DNA of 64,000 nucleotides from Candidatus Cloacimonadota bacterium. GTDB taxonomy: Bacteria > Cloacimonadota > Cloacimonadia > Cloacimonadales > WRIO01. A model generated the notes under the pieces. That model was not told the DNA's origin, did not search any database, and worked only from the letters and a program-made list of their open reading frames with translations. This document shows positions 8,082 through 18,557 of this stretch, piece after piece. Location of the stretch: contig JAKPKU010000001.1 in NCBI GenBank assembly GCA_029553545.1, forward strand, positions 5,639 to 69,638, written 5' to 3'. The translations under genes and the position numbers were made by a program. Each line of letters opens with the position of its first letter. The stretch's first letter is position 1.

Positions 8082-10205
8082 ATGTATTATTATAAAAAAA
8101 ACCTTATCATTTCATTATTAGCTTCCTTTGTAATAGCACTTTGTTATTTCTTTTTTTCTTTTTTTTATGGTAACAATCCGCGTTACCAATTTCAGATAGG
8201 GCAAATATCTCAACAAGACATTAGGGCACCATTTGATTTTCCTGTTGAAAAACGTGAAACAGAAATCCAAAAAGAAATATATGAAATCACAAAAAACCTT
8301 GAGCCTATTTATAAAATCTCTGAAAATGCTAAATTTCAAATGCTCAAAGAGCTTGATTATCTTTTTATTGAAATAAATAGCATTTTTGAAGACGGTAATA
8401 TTGACAACTTTGTAGAACAGTTAGAAAAAAGCAAATATCACTTTACTAATGAAACATTTCAATATCTAAAATCAAGTAATAATCGACAAAATATATATAA
8501 TATTCTTAGTCTACAATTGCAAATAATAAACGAAGTGCCTATTTATGATGCAAGCTTTGAACCCCTTGAATTTCGATTAAATGAAAATGGTCAGTTAAAA
8601 AATTCTTCCAAATACTCAGTTTATTCAATTACTCAAGCAAGACAAAGAATATTAAAAACAATTAGATCCACTACACAAAAGCAAGTTGTTTCAAATTTTC
8701 TTGATAACCTCTTAATTGCAAACATTGAAGAGGATATTGAAGCTACTGATAATGAAAAACAAGAAATACGTAAAAACTTGAATATTGTTATAGCTAATAT
8801 TTCAAAAGATGAAATTATTATCTCCAAGAATAGACAGATTACGGAAAATGATTTAACTGTTATAGAATCTTTAAATAAGGCATATCAGGAAAAGAAGAGC
8901 ACACAAAAAATTGGAGATTATCTCATTTCAGCAATTGGACTAGTTATTTTCAATATGATTGTTTTTACTCTGTACTTTGTTATTACTTCTATATTTTTCA
9001 AACAACGCTATAATGAGTTAAGACATACATGGCTTGTTACATTGATGCTGCTCATTAATTCAATTTTTACCATAATAATTAGCTTTTCATTTGATAATAA
9101 GTACTTAATGATACTGCCATTTTCTTTATTTATAGTCATATTATCTTATTTATTCATACCTGCTTATTCTTTTGTATTTAGTTTTTTTAATCTGTTATTG
9201 TTAGCACAGTATTCCAACTGGAACTACTATTTTGTATTAAATAGCATATTCCCAAGCCTTTTTGCAATCTATAGTATTAAAAAGTATAAACATATAAATC
9301 TATTTATCTTGTTCTTGTATATGGTGTTTGGTTATATTATTACTATATTATCTATTAGCCTTTTCAAGCTGGATCATTGGACCAGTGTCGTATATAATAT
9401 CATTTATGGAGCAATTTCCAGCTTTATATCTATTCTACTGGCTCACCTATTATTGCCTGTGATTGAAAAACAGTTTTCATTTGCAAGTAAACAAACTCTT
9501 CTTGAACTTCTTGATTTTGATCAGCCGCTATTAAAAAGATTGTCAAAAGAAGCGCCTGGAACATACTTTCATTCACTGACAGTAGGCAATCTCGCTGAAG
9601 CTTCAGCAGAAGCAATAAGCGCAAACCCATTAATTGCAAGGGTGGGGAGTTATTATCACGATATAGGTAAACTATATAATCCAGAAGTATTTGTTGAGAA
9701 TAATCAAAATTCCAATGAAATACACGATAAAATACCTGCAAAAGAAAGCGCAACAATGATAAAAAACCACGTGAATAATGGAATAAAGCTAGCAAGACAA
9801 TACAAGCTGCCAAAGTTTATTTCTGATATTATCGTGCAGCATCATGGAGATAATAAGATCAAGTTCTTTTATCATAAAGCTCAAAAAAACTTGGAACCTA
9901 TTAATGAGAATGATTATTATTATACAGGTCCAACTCCACAAACAAAAGAGTCTGCTTTAGTAATGATTGCTGATATTGTCGAATCAACTGCAAAATCGTT
10001 AACGGAATATAGTTCTGAATCTTTAAAAAAAGTGATAGATGATACTGTAATTAAACTTATTCAAGAAAAGCAATTGGATGACACTCCATTAACTCTGTCA
10101 GAAATCAAAACAGTTAAAGATACAATGTTGCCAATTATGGAAAGTATTTATAGAAAAAGAATTGAATACCCTGAAGAGGTGAAAACAAGTAGTGAGCAAC
10201 GTTGA
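8082..10205 (+). CDS. pgpH: 7TM-receptor/HD-domain membrane phosphohydrolase (PgpH/YqfF family)
   Basis: Extracellular N-terminal domain, seven TM helices, and a C-terminal HD domain (HSLTVGNLAE...YYHDIGK...QHHG). It sits in the conserved neighbourhood upstream of ybeY. Confidence 0.8.
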   Translation: MYYYKKNLIISLLASFVIALCYFFFSFFYGNNPRYQFQIGQISQQDIRAPFDFPVEKRETEIQKEIYEITKNLEPIYKISENAKFQMLKELDYLFIEINSIFEDGNIDNFVEQLEKSKYHFTNETFQYLKSSNNRQNIYNILSLQLQIINEVPIYDASFEPLEFRLNENGQLKNSSKYSVYSITQARQRILKTIRSTTQKQVVSNFLDNLLIANIEEDIEATDNEKQEIRKNLNIVIANISKDEIIISKNRQITENDLTVIESLNKAYQEKKSTQKIGDYLISAIGLVIFNMIVFTLYFVITSIFFKQRYNELRHTWLVTLMLLINSIFTIIISFSFDNKYLMILPFSLFIVILSYLFIPAYSFVFSFFNLLLLAQYSNWNYYFVLNSIFPSLFAIYSIKKYKHINLFILFLYMVFGYIITILSISLFKLDHWTSVVYNIIYGAISSFISILLAHLLLPVIEKQFSFASKQTLLELLDFDQPLLKRLSKEAPGTYFHSLTVGNLAEASAEAISANPLIARVGSYYHDIGKLYNPEVFVENNQNSNEIHDKIPAKESATMIKNHVNNGIKLARQYKLPKFISDIIVQHHGDNKIKFFYHKAQKNLEPINENDYYYTGPTPQTKESALVMIADIVESTAKSLTEYSSESLKKVIDDTVIKLIQEKQLDDTPLTLSEIKTVKDTMLPIMESIYRKRIEYPEEVKTSSEQR

Positions 10206-10626
10206 TTTAATTAATGAGTCCTTTTTTGAAACCAAGAATATTGATGTATTTCAAAAAGTAGTTGATGCTTTTATTCAAAGTGGCATTTATAAAAAAGAAG
10301 ATATTCTTTGTTTAAAATTAGTGAGTGAGGAGAATATCAAAGCATATAATAAAAAATATCGTGGCAAGAATAGTGAGACTGATGTGTTGAGTTTTCCCTC
10401 AGAGTTTAAAGAATCAAACTTCATCGGTGACATAATTATTGATGTAAATGTTGCTAACCAGCAAAAAGACACCAGATATTTAAAAGACGAATTGATAGTC
10501 TTGTTTGTGCACGGTGTATTGCATTTATTAGGTTTTGATCATCTAAGAACAAATGATAAGAAAAATATGCAAGATCTTGAGAATCAGATATTAAACACCT
10601 TAAAAAATGAAGGGGTTTATTGCTGA
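10192..10626 (+). CDS. ybeY: rRNA maturation endoribonuclease YbeY
   Basis: Contains the HGVLHLLGFDH zinc-binding motif. Size and position next to the HD and CorC genes fit YbeY. Confidence 0.9.
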   Translation: MSNVDLINESFFETKNIDVFQKVVDAFIQSGIYKKEDILCLKLVSEENIKAYNKKYRGKNSETDVLSFPSEFKESNFIGDIIIDVNVANQQKDTRYLKDELIVLFVHGVLHLLGFDHLRTNDKKNMQDLENQILNTLKNEGVYC

Positions 10627-11882
10627 TGTATATTTCGATAGCTTTATTATTAGTGTTATCTGCTTTTTTTTCAGGGAGTGAGACTGCTTTTTTTTCATTG
10701 TCTAAAATACATATTAAAAAGCTTGAGAGGTCAAATAGTAAATCTGCAAAAAGAATACTAAGTTTGCTCTCTAAAACAAGACAACTTTTAATCACTGTTT
10801 TACTAGGCAACACATTAGTAAATATCCTATCTACAACAATTGCAACCTTAATAGCCATCGATATAGCAGAGAACTTTAGCCCCGATTATAAAGGCATTAT
10901 TATTGCAATTGAGATTTTAATTATGACCATACTTTTGCTCGTCATAGGAGAAATAGCACCAAAGATTATTGCATTTTCTATGCCTATCAAGTTTGCAAGC
11001 TTTAGTAGTTTCCCATTAACCATTTTTAAAGTAGTTATCTATCCATTTGTTTATGTTTTAGATAAATTCTTGGGCGTGTTTACAAAAAAGAATGATACAG
11101 TAAATAGCTTTAATGCTTCTATAACAAGTCAGGACTTTCATAATTTCATTAAATCCAATTCGTTAAATCACCCTTTAGAATCAAATGAGAAAAAAATAAT
11201 AGAGAGTATTTTTAGGTTTTCAACTACACAGGTAAAAGAAATAATAGTCCCACGAGTCGATGTTGTCGGTGTAGAGCTTTCTCAAAGTTTGGAATATGCA
11301 AAAAGTATAATCAATAAATCTGGCTATTCACGTATTCCTGTTTATAACCAAAATATTGATGATATTGTTGGCATGCTATATGCAAAAGATTTACTCTTAA
11401 AGCAAGACAATAAAACACTTAGCTCAATCATGAGAAAACCATTCTATGTTACAGAAAACATGAAAATACAAACTCTGCTCAACCAATTCAAAAAGAATAA
11501 AGTACAAATTGCTGTCGTAGTTGACGAATATGGTGGCACTTCTGGTTTAATAAGCCTTGAAGATGTTATTGAAGAGTTGGTCGGTGAAATCATGGATGAG
11601 TATGACGTTGAAAGCCCATTAATGACTCAAATAGGCGAAAAAAGTTACCTCATCAGTGGTATGATAAATATAGATATAATTAATACGAGTTTTAACTTAA
11701 ATATCGATGATGAATACGAGAATTTGGCTGCATTTATTTTTGATTCTTTAAATCATGTACCGCAAAAGAATGAAAAATTTATCATAGAAGGTAAAGCTGA
11801 ATTTACCATTACCCAGATAAAACGACAACGTATTCATTATGTAAAATTGCAGCTGCTTGAAGATAATATTGAAGAAAATTAG
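10620..11882 (+). CDS. CNNM/CorC-family membrane protein (DUF21 + CBS pair + CorC_HlyC)
   Basis: DUF21 TM region with FFSGSETAFFSL, a tandem CBS region and a C-terminal CorC/HlyC transporter-associated domain. Confidence 0.85.
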   Translation: MLMYISIALLLVLSAFFSGSETAFFSLSKIHIKKLERSNSKSAKRILSLLSKTRQLLITVLLGNTLVNILSTTIATLIAIDIAENFSPDYKGIIIAIEILIMTILLLVIGEIAPKIIAFSMPIKFASFSSFPLTIFKVVIYPFVYVLDKFLGVFTKKNDTVNSFNASITSQDFHNFIKSNSLNHPLESNEKKIIESIFRFSTTQVKEIIVPRVDVVGVELSQSLEYAKSIINKSGYSRIPVYNQNIDDIVGMLYAKDLLLKQDNKTLSSIMRKPFYVTENMKIQTLLNQFKKNKVQIAVVVDEYGGTSGLISLEDVIEELVGEIMDEYDVESPLMTQIGEKSYLISGMINIDIINTSFNLNIDDEYENLAAFIFDSLNHVPQKNEKFIIEGKAEFTITQIKRQRIHYVKLQLLEDNIEEN

Positions 11883-12582
11883 CCTTGTTTGTATTTGCTT
11901 ATCCTTAGCTTTGTGTCATCTCATAGCTGAGTCAATGAGCTTTAATATTAATTACTTAGGGGTATCTGTAGCCAAAGTTAATATGTCTGTGAACAAAGAT
12001 GTTTTATTGATCAAAGCTAAATCTACAGATATAACTAATTTTCTCTCGGATTCGATTGACAATACTTATAAAATAACATTTAATGATTCCTTTTTGCCAC
12101 TGACATACGAAAAGAATATCATACAAGCTAAGTATAAAGAAAAATCAATTACTGCCTATAATTATGATAATGCTTCTTATAAAGACTTAAATGCAAATAC
12201 TATATATGAATATCAGATAAAACCTAATTCTCGAGATATCTTCTCTGCATTAATTCATTTGCGTCGACTTAACCTAAAAAAAGATCATACTATGAACCTC
12301 GAAGTTAATAGAAATCTATGGCAAGTGAAAAGCACTTTTATGAAAATAGAAAAGGTAAATACCATTTTAGGTAAGAAGGATTGTCTTCTTGTAAAATTAG
12401 ATTTTAAAAAGACAAATATAAATAATAATTCAAAAAGTGATATTTTAACCAATAACCTTGTTAATGAAAATAATAGCCTTTACTTTTGGTTTACTGACGA
12501 CGATCAACGGATACCAATAAAAGCTAAATATGAAATGTCTCCTTTTTCTGTAATTTGGTTGTTGACAAATTATACTAATTAA
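11857..12582 (+). CDS. DUF3108-like secreted protein
   Basis: Signal peptide, and a C-terminal segment LYFWFTDDDQRIPIKAKYEMSPFSVIWLL that resembles the DUF3108 signature as I recall it. Confidence 0.5.
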   Translation: MKIILKKISLVCICLSLALCHLIAESMSFNINYLGVSVAKVNMSVNKDVLLIKAKSTDITNFLSDSIDNTYKITFNDSFLPLTYEKNIIQAKYKEKSITAYNYDNASYKDLNANTIYEYQIKPNSRDIFSALIHLRRLNLKKDHTMNLEVNRNLWQVKSTFMKIEKVNTILGKKDCLLVKLDFKKTNINNNSKSDILTNNLVNENNSLYFWFTDDDQRIPIKAKYEMSPFSVIWLLTNYTN

Positions 12583-12618
12583 TAAAATGTCATTTAACTA
12601 ATTTTGTAAAGGGTCATA

Positions 12619-12993
12619 ATGAAGAAATTAAGAAATATGTTTTGGGTTTGGGCAGTGTTGATTGCAGCAGTGTCATCGTATCCAAATCTTAAATCTCCAA
12701 TAAAATTTGCCGAAAACATATCATGGGATAAGGTAGCACACTTTTGTGAATACATGGTATTGGCATATTTGTATTATAAGTATAAGGTGTCAGCAGGGTT
12801 AGATCTTAAATCAATCAAAAAGCATTTGATATATATGCTGTTAATTATTCCTATCATTGATGAAGCTCATCAGTTACTTATACCTGGTCGCTCTTTTTCC
12901 TTTTTAGATATGCTTGCTGATGCATTAGGTTTTGCAACTATAATACTTTTGATTACAATAAAGCAATCGAGGCTTCAAAGATGCAAAGAGTAA
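12619..12993 (+). CDS. VanZ-like small membrane protein
   Basis: A 124-aa four-TM protein with DKVAHFxEY and DExHQ motifs typical of the VanZ family. Confidence 0.6.
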   Translation: MKKLRNMFWVWAVLIAAVSSYPNLKSPIKFAENISWDKVAHFCEYMVLAYLYYKYKVSAGLDLKSIKKHLIYMLLIIPIIDEAHQLLIPGRSFSFLDMLADALGFATIILLITIKQSRLQRCKE

Positions 12994-14252
12994 TAAATAA
13001 TATAGTTAATAACGATATATTGCCAAACGATGTTTGGAAATGGAACTATGTAGAAAACATTATTAGACAAACAATGGAGCTGTATAGTTTCAAAGAAATA
13101 AGAACTTCGATCATTCAGTCACAAGAGCTCTTTGAATCATATTTAAACTATTATTCAGAAGAAGAAAACTCATCTAAACGCCTACTTTTCAACTTAAATG
13201 GAGTGTCAAATTTAAGCTTAAGACCTGAAGGTACAATCACCGTATTGCATAGCTTGATGAAGAATAATATTAATGAACTGCAATCACGGCTTTTTTACAT
13301 TGGACCGATGTTTCGTAAACAAAATGATAATAAATTATCACAAATACATCAGTTTGGTGCAGAAATAATAGGCAGTGATGATTTGCTTACAGATAGCGAA
13401 ATAATACTTTTAGCAATTAAAGTTTTTAAAAGCTTAGAAATATTTAACTACCAGCTTGAGATAAGTAGCTTTGGATGTAGCAAATGTAGGATTAATTATG
13501 TTAAGGAACTAAATAAATTTATAAGATCACATCAAGATGAATATTGCCCTGAATGTCATTATAATATAAAATTAAACCCATTTCAAGTATTTCAATGCGA
13601 AAACAGTAATTGCGAGAACATCAGCAATTTAGCGCCAGTAATCAGCGATTATTTATGCAAAGACTGTAGCTCACATTTAAAGAAGCTTCAAAAAATGCTC
13701 TCAAACCTCGGTATAGCATTTGTCATAGCACCATATTTACCTACAGCTTTTAACTATTATAACAGAACAATCTTTAGATTTGTTATCGAAGAAAACGGTC
13801 ACAAAACAATATTAGCAAATGGAGGTAGATATGATTTTCTTGCTTCATCTGTGTTAAAGAAAAAGGTTCATGCTATAGGGTTTTCAGCTGATTTTGAGTC
13901 AATTATTAGAGTAATGGAAAATAGAAATATATTTATGATGCCAAAGAATCAGTTCAAGGTTTTAATATCCCCAATGGCACCGAATCTTGATGTCTTTGTT
14001 TTGCAAATTGCACAAGAAATGCATGAGAATAATATTCATACCATTATTTTAAGCTTTACAAAAGATTTTGATTATATGACTACAATTGCCGATAACTATG
14101 AAGCGGAAGTCGATATAAGGATATCAGATGAACTGATTAGAGAAGGCAAATTATTAGTTAAGAATAACCTTAAAAATCATCAAGAACCTGTACAAATAGC
14201 TGATATAGGCAACTATATCCAAACAATAAAAAAATCAACAATAATTCAATAA
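12981..14252 (+). CDS. histidyl-tRNA synthetase-like protein (HisS, or a HisZ-like paralogue) with degenerate motif 2
   Basis: LRPEGT (HisA box), GGRYDFL and AIGFS (motif 3 region), a Cys-rich insertion domain and a C-terminal anticodon-binding-like domain are all present. Motif 2 reads FRKQNDNKLSQIHQFGAEIIG instead of FRxERPQxGRxRxFxQ. Confidence 0.6.
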   Translation: MQRVINNIVNNDILPNDVWKWNYVENIIRQTMELYSFKEIRTSIIQSQELFESYLNYYSEEENSSKRLLFNLNGVSNLSLRPEGTITVLHSLMKNNINELQSRLFYIGPMFRKQNDNKLSQIHQFGAEIIGSDDLLTDSEIILLAIKVFKSLEIFNYQLEISSFGCSKCRINYVKELNKFIRSHQDEYCPECHYNIKLNPFQVFQCENSNCENISNLAPVISDYLCKDCSSHLKKLQKMLSNLGIAFVIAPYLPTAFNYYNRTIFRFVIEENGHKTILANGGRYDFLASSVLKKKVHAIGFSADFESIIRVMENRNIFMMPKNQFKVLISPMAPNLDVFVLQIAQEMHENNIHTIILSFTKDFDYMTTIADNYEAEVDIRISDELIREGKLLVKNNLKNHQEPVQIADIGNYIQTIKKSTIIQ

Positions 14253-14263
14253 ATGGAGGGAAG

Positions 14264-14635
14264 ATGAAATCAATTCATACTGAAAATGCACCTAAAGCTG
14301 TAGGTCCTTATTCTCAAGCTGCACTAAAGAATGGCATGCTTTTTGTTTCTGGACAATTAGGTATTAATCCAAAAGACGGTAATCTCGCAAGTACATTTGA
14401 AGAGCAAGCCAAATTAGTATTTCAAAATATTGACAATATACTTAAAGAAGCCAATATGTCTTTTAAAAACATTGTAAAGGCAAGCGTTTTTTTAACTGAT
14501 ATGGGCAGATTTGCTGAAATGAATGAAATATACAAACAATTCTTTATTGAACCATTTCCAGCACGCGAAGCAATTCAAGTTGCAGCACTACCAAAAGGTG
14601 GAGATATAGAAATATCTGTTATTGCAATGGCATAA
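14264..14635 (+). CDS. ridA: RidA/YjgF family reactive-intermediate deaminase
   Basis: A 123-aa protein: APKAVGPYSQA...GQLG...PAREAIQVAALPKGGDIEI. Confidence 0.9.
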   Translation: MKSIHTENAPKAVGPYSQAALKNGMLFVSGQLGINPKDGNLASTFEEQAKLVFQNIDNILKEANMSFKNIVKASVFLTDMGRFAEMNEIYKQFFIEPFPAREAIQVAALPKGGDIEISVIAMA

Positions 14636-14639
14636 TATT

Positions 14640-15797
14640 ATGACTGGCTACATTAATAAGATATTTGTAGTTACCATATCTTTATTTCTTTTTGCTTGTG
14701 GTATTAATGAGCAGATCGCTCATACTGATATCCAACAAACAAACGGGCTATTTACACAAGCTTTTGTAGATAATAATCAACTAATTGTAAATACAACAGA
14801 AGAAATATATTTACGCTTTGAATATTTCCAAAGAATCGATGGTGAAGATAAATATCTTGGTTGGTCAGTTAAAGAGAAGAGCGATGAATTTACCATTAAT
14901 TTACCATGTAAAAACATCAATAGTCAGTATTATATAAAAGTTAGAGCTGAAAACGAGAAAGCTTTTCAAGACACAGTCTTCTTTTTCTATTCAAGTAATA
15001 CGAATTACTCTTTTTTAGAAATGCACTTTATCGATGTTGAACAGGGAGATGCCATATATATAAAAACACCAGAAAATAATAATATCATTATTGATGGGGG
15101 ATATGGTACACGAGGGAATAATTCAACCGATTGGCAAGGGTTTGGGCAACCATTAGCGTTGAATTATATAAATGAACAGAATATTGACCATTTTGATTAT
15201 ATTATCGAGACACATCATCATGCAGATCATTATGGAGGGCTCAACGACATAAAAAACTCTGGCAACTATACATGGGATTATGATTTATCAAACAGTAATA
15301 CATATAATTATCATGTTGGTGACTTAATTAATCTAAAGAGTGATGTTCAGTTTAGAATACTCAGTATAGGTTATCCTCCAGCTTATAATCAAGATAATTT
15401 AAATAATACCAGTATCGTTCTAAAGGTAAACTACGGATATGCAGATTATTTATTAACTGGCGATGCTGAAGGGGCAGTGCAAACATTTATGATTCAAAAC
15501 CCATGGAGTTTGAGTGCAGATCTATTTAAAGTTTCTCATCATGGTAGTTCTTCAAACTCAACATGTAATTCAACCTTTCTTGACGCTATATTTACTAAAT
15601 ACACCAAAATTGGTATTATAAGTTTTGGGACAAATAATTCATATGGACATCCAAAGGCATTGTATCGCTTTGCTAATGACTATATTTTTGGCACAGGCAC
15701 GCCACCTACTTCTTCGCCGTATCCAAATCATTACTTTAACTGTGGAACAATTAAAACATATAGTGATGGGCAAGCAATAATAGTTAATATAGAATAA
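14640..15797 (+). CDS. secreted metallo-beta-lactamase-fold lipoprotein (ComEC/Rec2 MBL-domain-like)
   Basis: Lipobox LFLFAC after the ATG at 14640 (the ORF-track start 14622 overlaps ridA). MBL motif ETHHHADHYGG, and later KVSHHGS. Confidence 0.6.
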   Translation: MTGYINKIFVVTISLFLFACGINEQIAHTDIQQTNGLFTQAFVDNNQLIVNTTEEIYLRFEYFQRIDGEDKYLGWSVKEKSDEFTINLPCKNINSQYYIKVRAENEKAFQDTVFFFYSSNTNYSFLEMHFIDVEQGDAIYIKTPENNNIIIDGGYGTRGNNSTDWQGFGQPLALNYINEQNIDHFDYIIETHHHADHYGGLNDIKNSGNYTWDYDLSNSNTYNYHVGDLINLKSDVQFRILSIGYPPAYNQDNLNNTSIVLKVNYGYADYLLTGDAEGAVQTFMIQNPWSLSADLFKVSHHGSSSNSTCNSTFLDAIFTKYTKIGIISFGTNNSYGHPKALYRFANDYIFGTGTPPTSSPYPNHYFNCGTIKTYSDGQAIIVNIE

Positions 15798-15836
15798 TAA
15801 ATAATTTGCAAAACAAAAACGAGTATTTATCTTGAA

Positions 15837-17612
15837 ATGAAAAGGCTATTTCATCCGAACCAGGTTTTATTTATAGTTCAGCTATGTTTTTTGCTTTTTT
15901 TTATGGGCTTAAATGCTGAAGCAAGTAACGATACATTAATAAAGAAAACTCTTGTCAAAGCCTTCACAAGAGGATCTACTGACAATTACAATGATTCTTT
16001 GAGGGTAATCCATGCGATGTTTAAATATGAATATTTTACCCAATTTGAAGGATTAGAAATTGACTCAATAGCATTCATTGTAATTGAGCCATTTGAAGAA
16101 GACATTTCTAAAAGTAACTTCTTCGAAACAGGTAAATCTATAGCAAATAACTTGCATATTAAAACAAAAGAGACTTTTCTAAGGAATAACATATTATTCA
16201 AGGAGGGCGATCTTGTTGAACCATTTCTTTTTGTAGAGTCAGAAAGATATTTACGTCAAAACTCTTTTATTTACGATGCAAGCATTATTCTGGAAAATAC
16301 AGAAGATGATAAAGTAAATGCATTGGTATTTATTCAAGATGTCTGGAGTTTGCAAGTAAATCCAGACATTGGCTTCTTTCAAGAGAAGGGAAATTTGAGG
16401 TTAAAAGATACAAATCTTGGGGGATTAGGGGGTTCGTTTTCTATTACTATTAAAAAGAATAATGAATGGAAGGATAATTATAAGCCAGATATTGAATATA
16501 AGTTCTCAAGATTGTTTAATAAGCATGGTATTGGTCATATTTATTATAATTCTGATGTGGATTATACTAAATATGGGTTTGGTATTAATAGCTCATACAT
16601 TCAAGAGGATTTGAAGTTATTAGGTGGATTTAATGTAGATGTTTATAAAATATCAAAAGAATTGATAGAACCAGATTCAATCCATTTAACTCTTGATTAT
16701 CATGAAAAAGACTTGTGGGCTGCTTATAATATCTCTTCAGAAACAGAAGGTAAAAAATATAATAAATATAAGCATATTATCTTAGGCTCACGCATTGTCC
16801 AGAAACTTAATCACAAAGATCCTTCCGTCGATAATCATTATTATCAAGATAATGTTTCTGTTTTAGTTGGGCTAACATATTTGAATAGAGCATATCTTCA
16901 AGATACATATTTATTTGCGCTTGGTAAAACTGAAGACGTTCCTGTAGGAAATAAGTTCGAGCTTGTTTTAGGGCGTGAATTTCAAGTTTCTCCAGCAAGA
17001 GACTATCTTGGGCTATCGTCTACTGTAGCAAACTACATAAGCAATATTGGTTATTTACTAAGTAGCACAAAATTTGGGTTTTATCTCAAAGACAATAATT
17101 TAGATCATGGTATACTTGATTTTGATACTATTTATTTCTCTCCGTTAATGTCGCTTAAGCCTTTTATGTTTAGAAACTTTATTTCAGCAAGATATTCAAA
17201 AGCTATTAACCCATATAGTGTCGATCAATTACTGGATCTTAAAAGTAATATTCGTGGCTTTAGTAGCGATAATTTTAAAGGTGATAAAAGAGCATTACTC
17301 AGTTTAGAGAATAATATTATTCTACCAATTAATCTTATCCATTTTAAATCTGCTTTTGTGTCTTTTGCTGATTTCGCCCTTATTTCTGATGTAGGAGAGT
17401 CAATAATTGAGCATAATTTAAAGTCTTCTGTTGGCTTTGGCTTGCGTATTAATAATGATAGGCTCGTGTTTCCAACAATTCAGCTATCTTTTGTTTATTT
17501 TCCTGATAATGATTATATGGGCACGGATCAATACCATTTTATCTCTGAAAAAACAAACTTCTATCAATTCGATAAAATGACATACCATAAACCTCACATT
17601 TTTAATTGGTAA
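15837..17612 (+). CDS. outer-membrane beta-barrel protein (Omp85/surface-antigen-like)
   Basis: Signal peptide, alternating beta-strand pattern and a C-terminal aromatic residue (…IFNW). No clear POTRA repeats were recognised. Confidence 0.4.
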   Translation: MKRLFHPNQVLFIVQLCFLLFFMGLNAEASNDTLIKKTLVKAFTRGSTDNYNDSLRVIHAMFKYEYFTQFEGLEIDSIAFIVIEPFEEDISKSNFFETGKSIANNLHIKTKETFLRNNILFKEGDLVEPFLFVESERYLRQNSFIYDASIILENTEDDKVNALVFIQDVWSLQVNPDIGFFQEKGNLRLKDTNLGGLGGSFSITIKKNNEWKDNYKPDIEYKFSRLFNKHGIGHIYYNSDVDYTKYGFGINSSYIQEDLKLLGGFNVDVYKISKELIEPDSIHLTLDYHEKDLWAAYNISSETEGKKYNKYKHIILGSRIVQKLNHKDPSVDNHYYQDNVSVLVGLTYLNRAYLQDTYLFALGKTEDVPVGNKFELVLGREFQVSPARDYLGLSSTVANYISNIGYLLSSTKFGFYLKDNNLDHGILDFDTIYFSPLMSLKPFMFRNFISARYSKAINPYSVDQLLDLKSNIRGFSSDNFKGDKRALLSLENNIILPINLIHFKSAFVSFADFALISDVGESIIEHNLKSSVGFGLRINNDRLVFPTIQLSFVYFPDNDYMGTDQYHFISEKTNFYQFDKMTYHKPHIFNW

Positions 17613-17621
17613 GCATTTACA

Positions 17622-18557
17622 ATGAGTGGACTCGACGAGAGAATCAACACTTTTTCAAAACACTACAAAAATAAGTATGGTAGGAAAATGTTTAAAATTG
17701 GTTTGTCTACCGGCTTGGAGTGCCCACAAAGAGTCAATAACTCACCGTGCATATTTTGCGAGCCAAAAAGCTTTATTGACAATGAATCAAAAGAATTAGG
17801 CTCTATTACACAACAGATTGACTATCTAACAAATAAGATTTCAAAGCAATATAGAGACATTGGATTTATCGCCTATTTTCAAGACAATACGAGCACCTAT
17901 GGTGATTTTGCATTTCTTAAAAAACTATTTACTGAAGCGATCAATCATCCGCTAATTAATGAAGTAATAATATCCACAAGACCTGATTATATTAATGAAG
18001 ACTTACTCTCTTTTTTTAGTCGTATGGAAAAGGACGTGACATTTGAATTGGGTATCCAAACCATTCATGATAAAAGTCTTCAATTTCTAAATAGAAATCA
18101 TAGCCATCAACATAGTATTGATGCAATTAATCTATTAAAAAAGTATTCGTTTCGAGTAGGCGCCCATATATTGCTTGGTATTCCAAATGAAACAAAAGCT
18201 GACATACTTTCTACAATTGATTTTATAAATAGAGCTGGTGTGGATGATATAAAAATTCACCATCTTATTGCCTATAAAAATACTCAATACGGCGCTATTT
18301 ATGATTCAGTGATACATAGCATAGCCTATTCTTCTTTAGACGAATATTGCGATTTATTAATAGAGATTATTAGGGTGTTAAATCCAAATACAATCATATC
18401 AAGGCTCTTCACTTCAAATCTCAATAGGCAAGGTAATGCAAAAAATCAATTTGCTGGAGTAAAGAGACAATGGATAAATCATTTGACAAAAATGCTTAAT
18501 GAAAAGAATATCGTCCAAGGTGTGAATTATATAGATTATCGGAGTGTTTGTGAATAA
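17622..18557 (+). CDS. radical SAM protein, TIGR01212-like family
   Basis: Cluster motif CPQRVNNSPCIFC (C-x9-C-x2-C variant) and TIM-barrel-like core, with overall similarity to the YhcC/TIGR01212 family. Confidence 0.65.
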   Translation: MSGLDERINTFSKHYKNKYGRKMFKIGLSTGLECPQRVNNSPCIFCEPKSFIDNESKELGSITQQIDYLTNKISKQYRDIGFIAYFQDNTSTYGDFAFLKKLFTEAINHPLINEVIISTRPDYINEDLLSFFSRMEKDVTFELGIQTIHDKSLQFLNRNHSHQHSIDAINLLKKYSFRVGAHILLGIPNETKADILSTIDFINRAGVDDIKIHHLIAYKNTQYGAIYDSVIHSIAYSSLDEYCDLLIEIIRVLNPNTIISRLFTSNLNRQGNAKNQFAGVKRQWINHLTKMLNEKNIVQGVNYIDYRSVCE

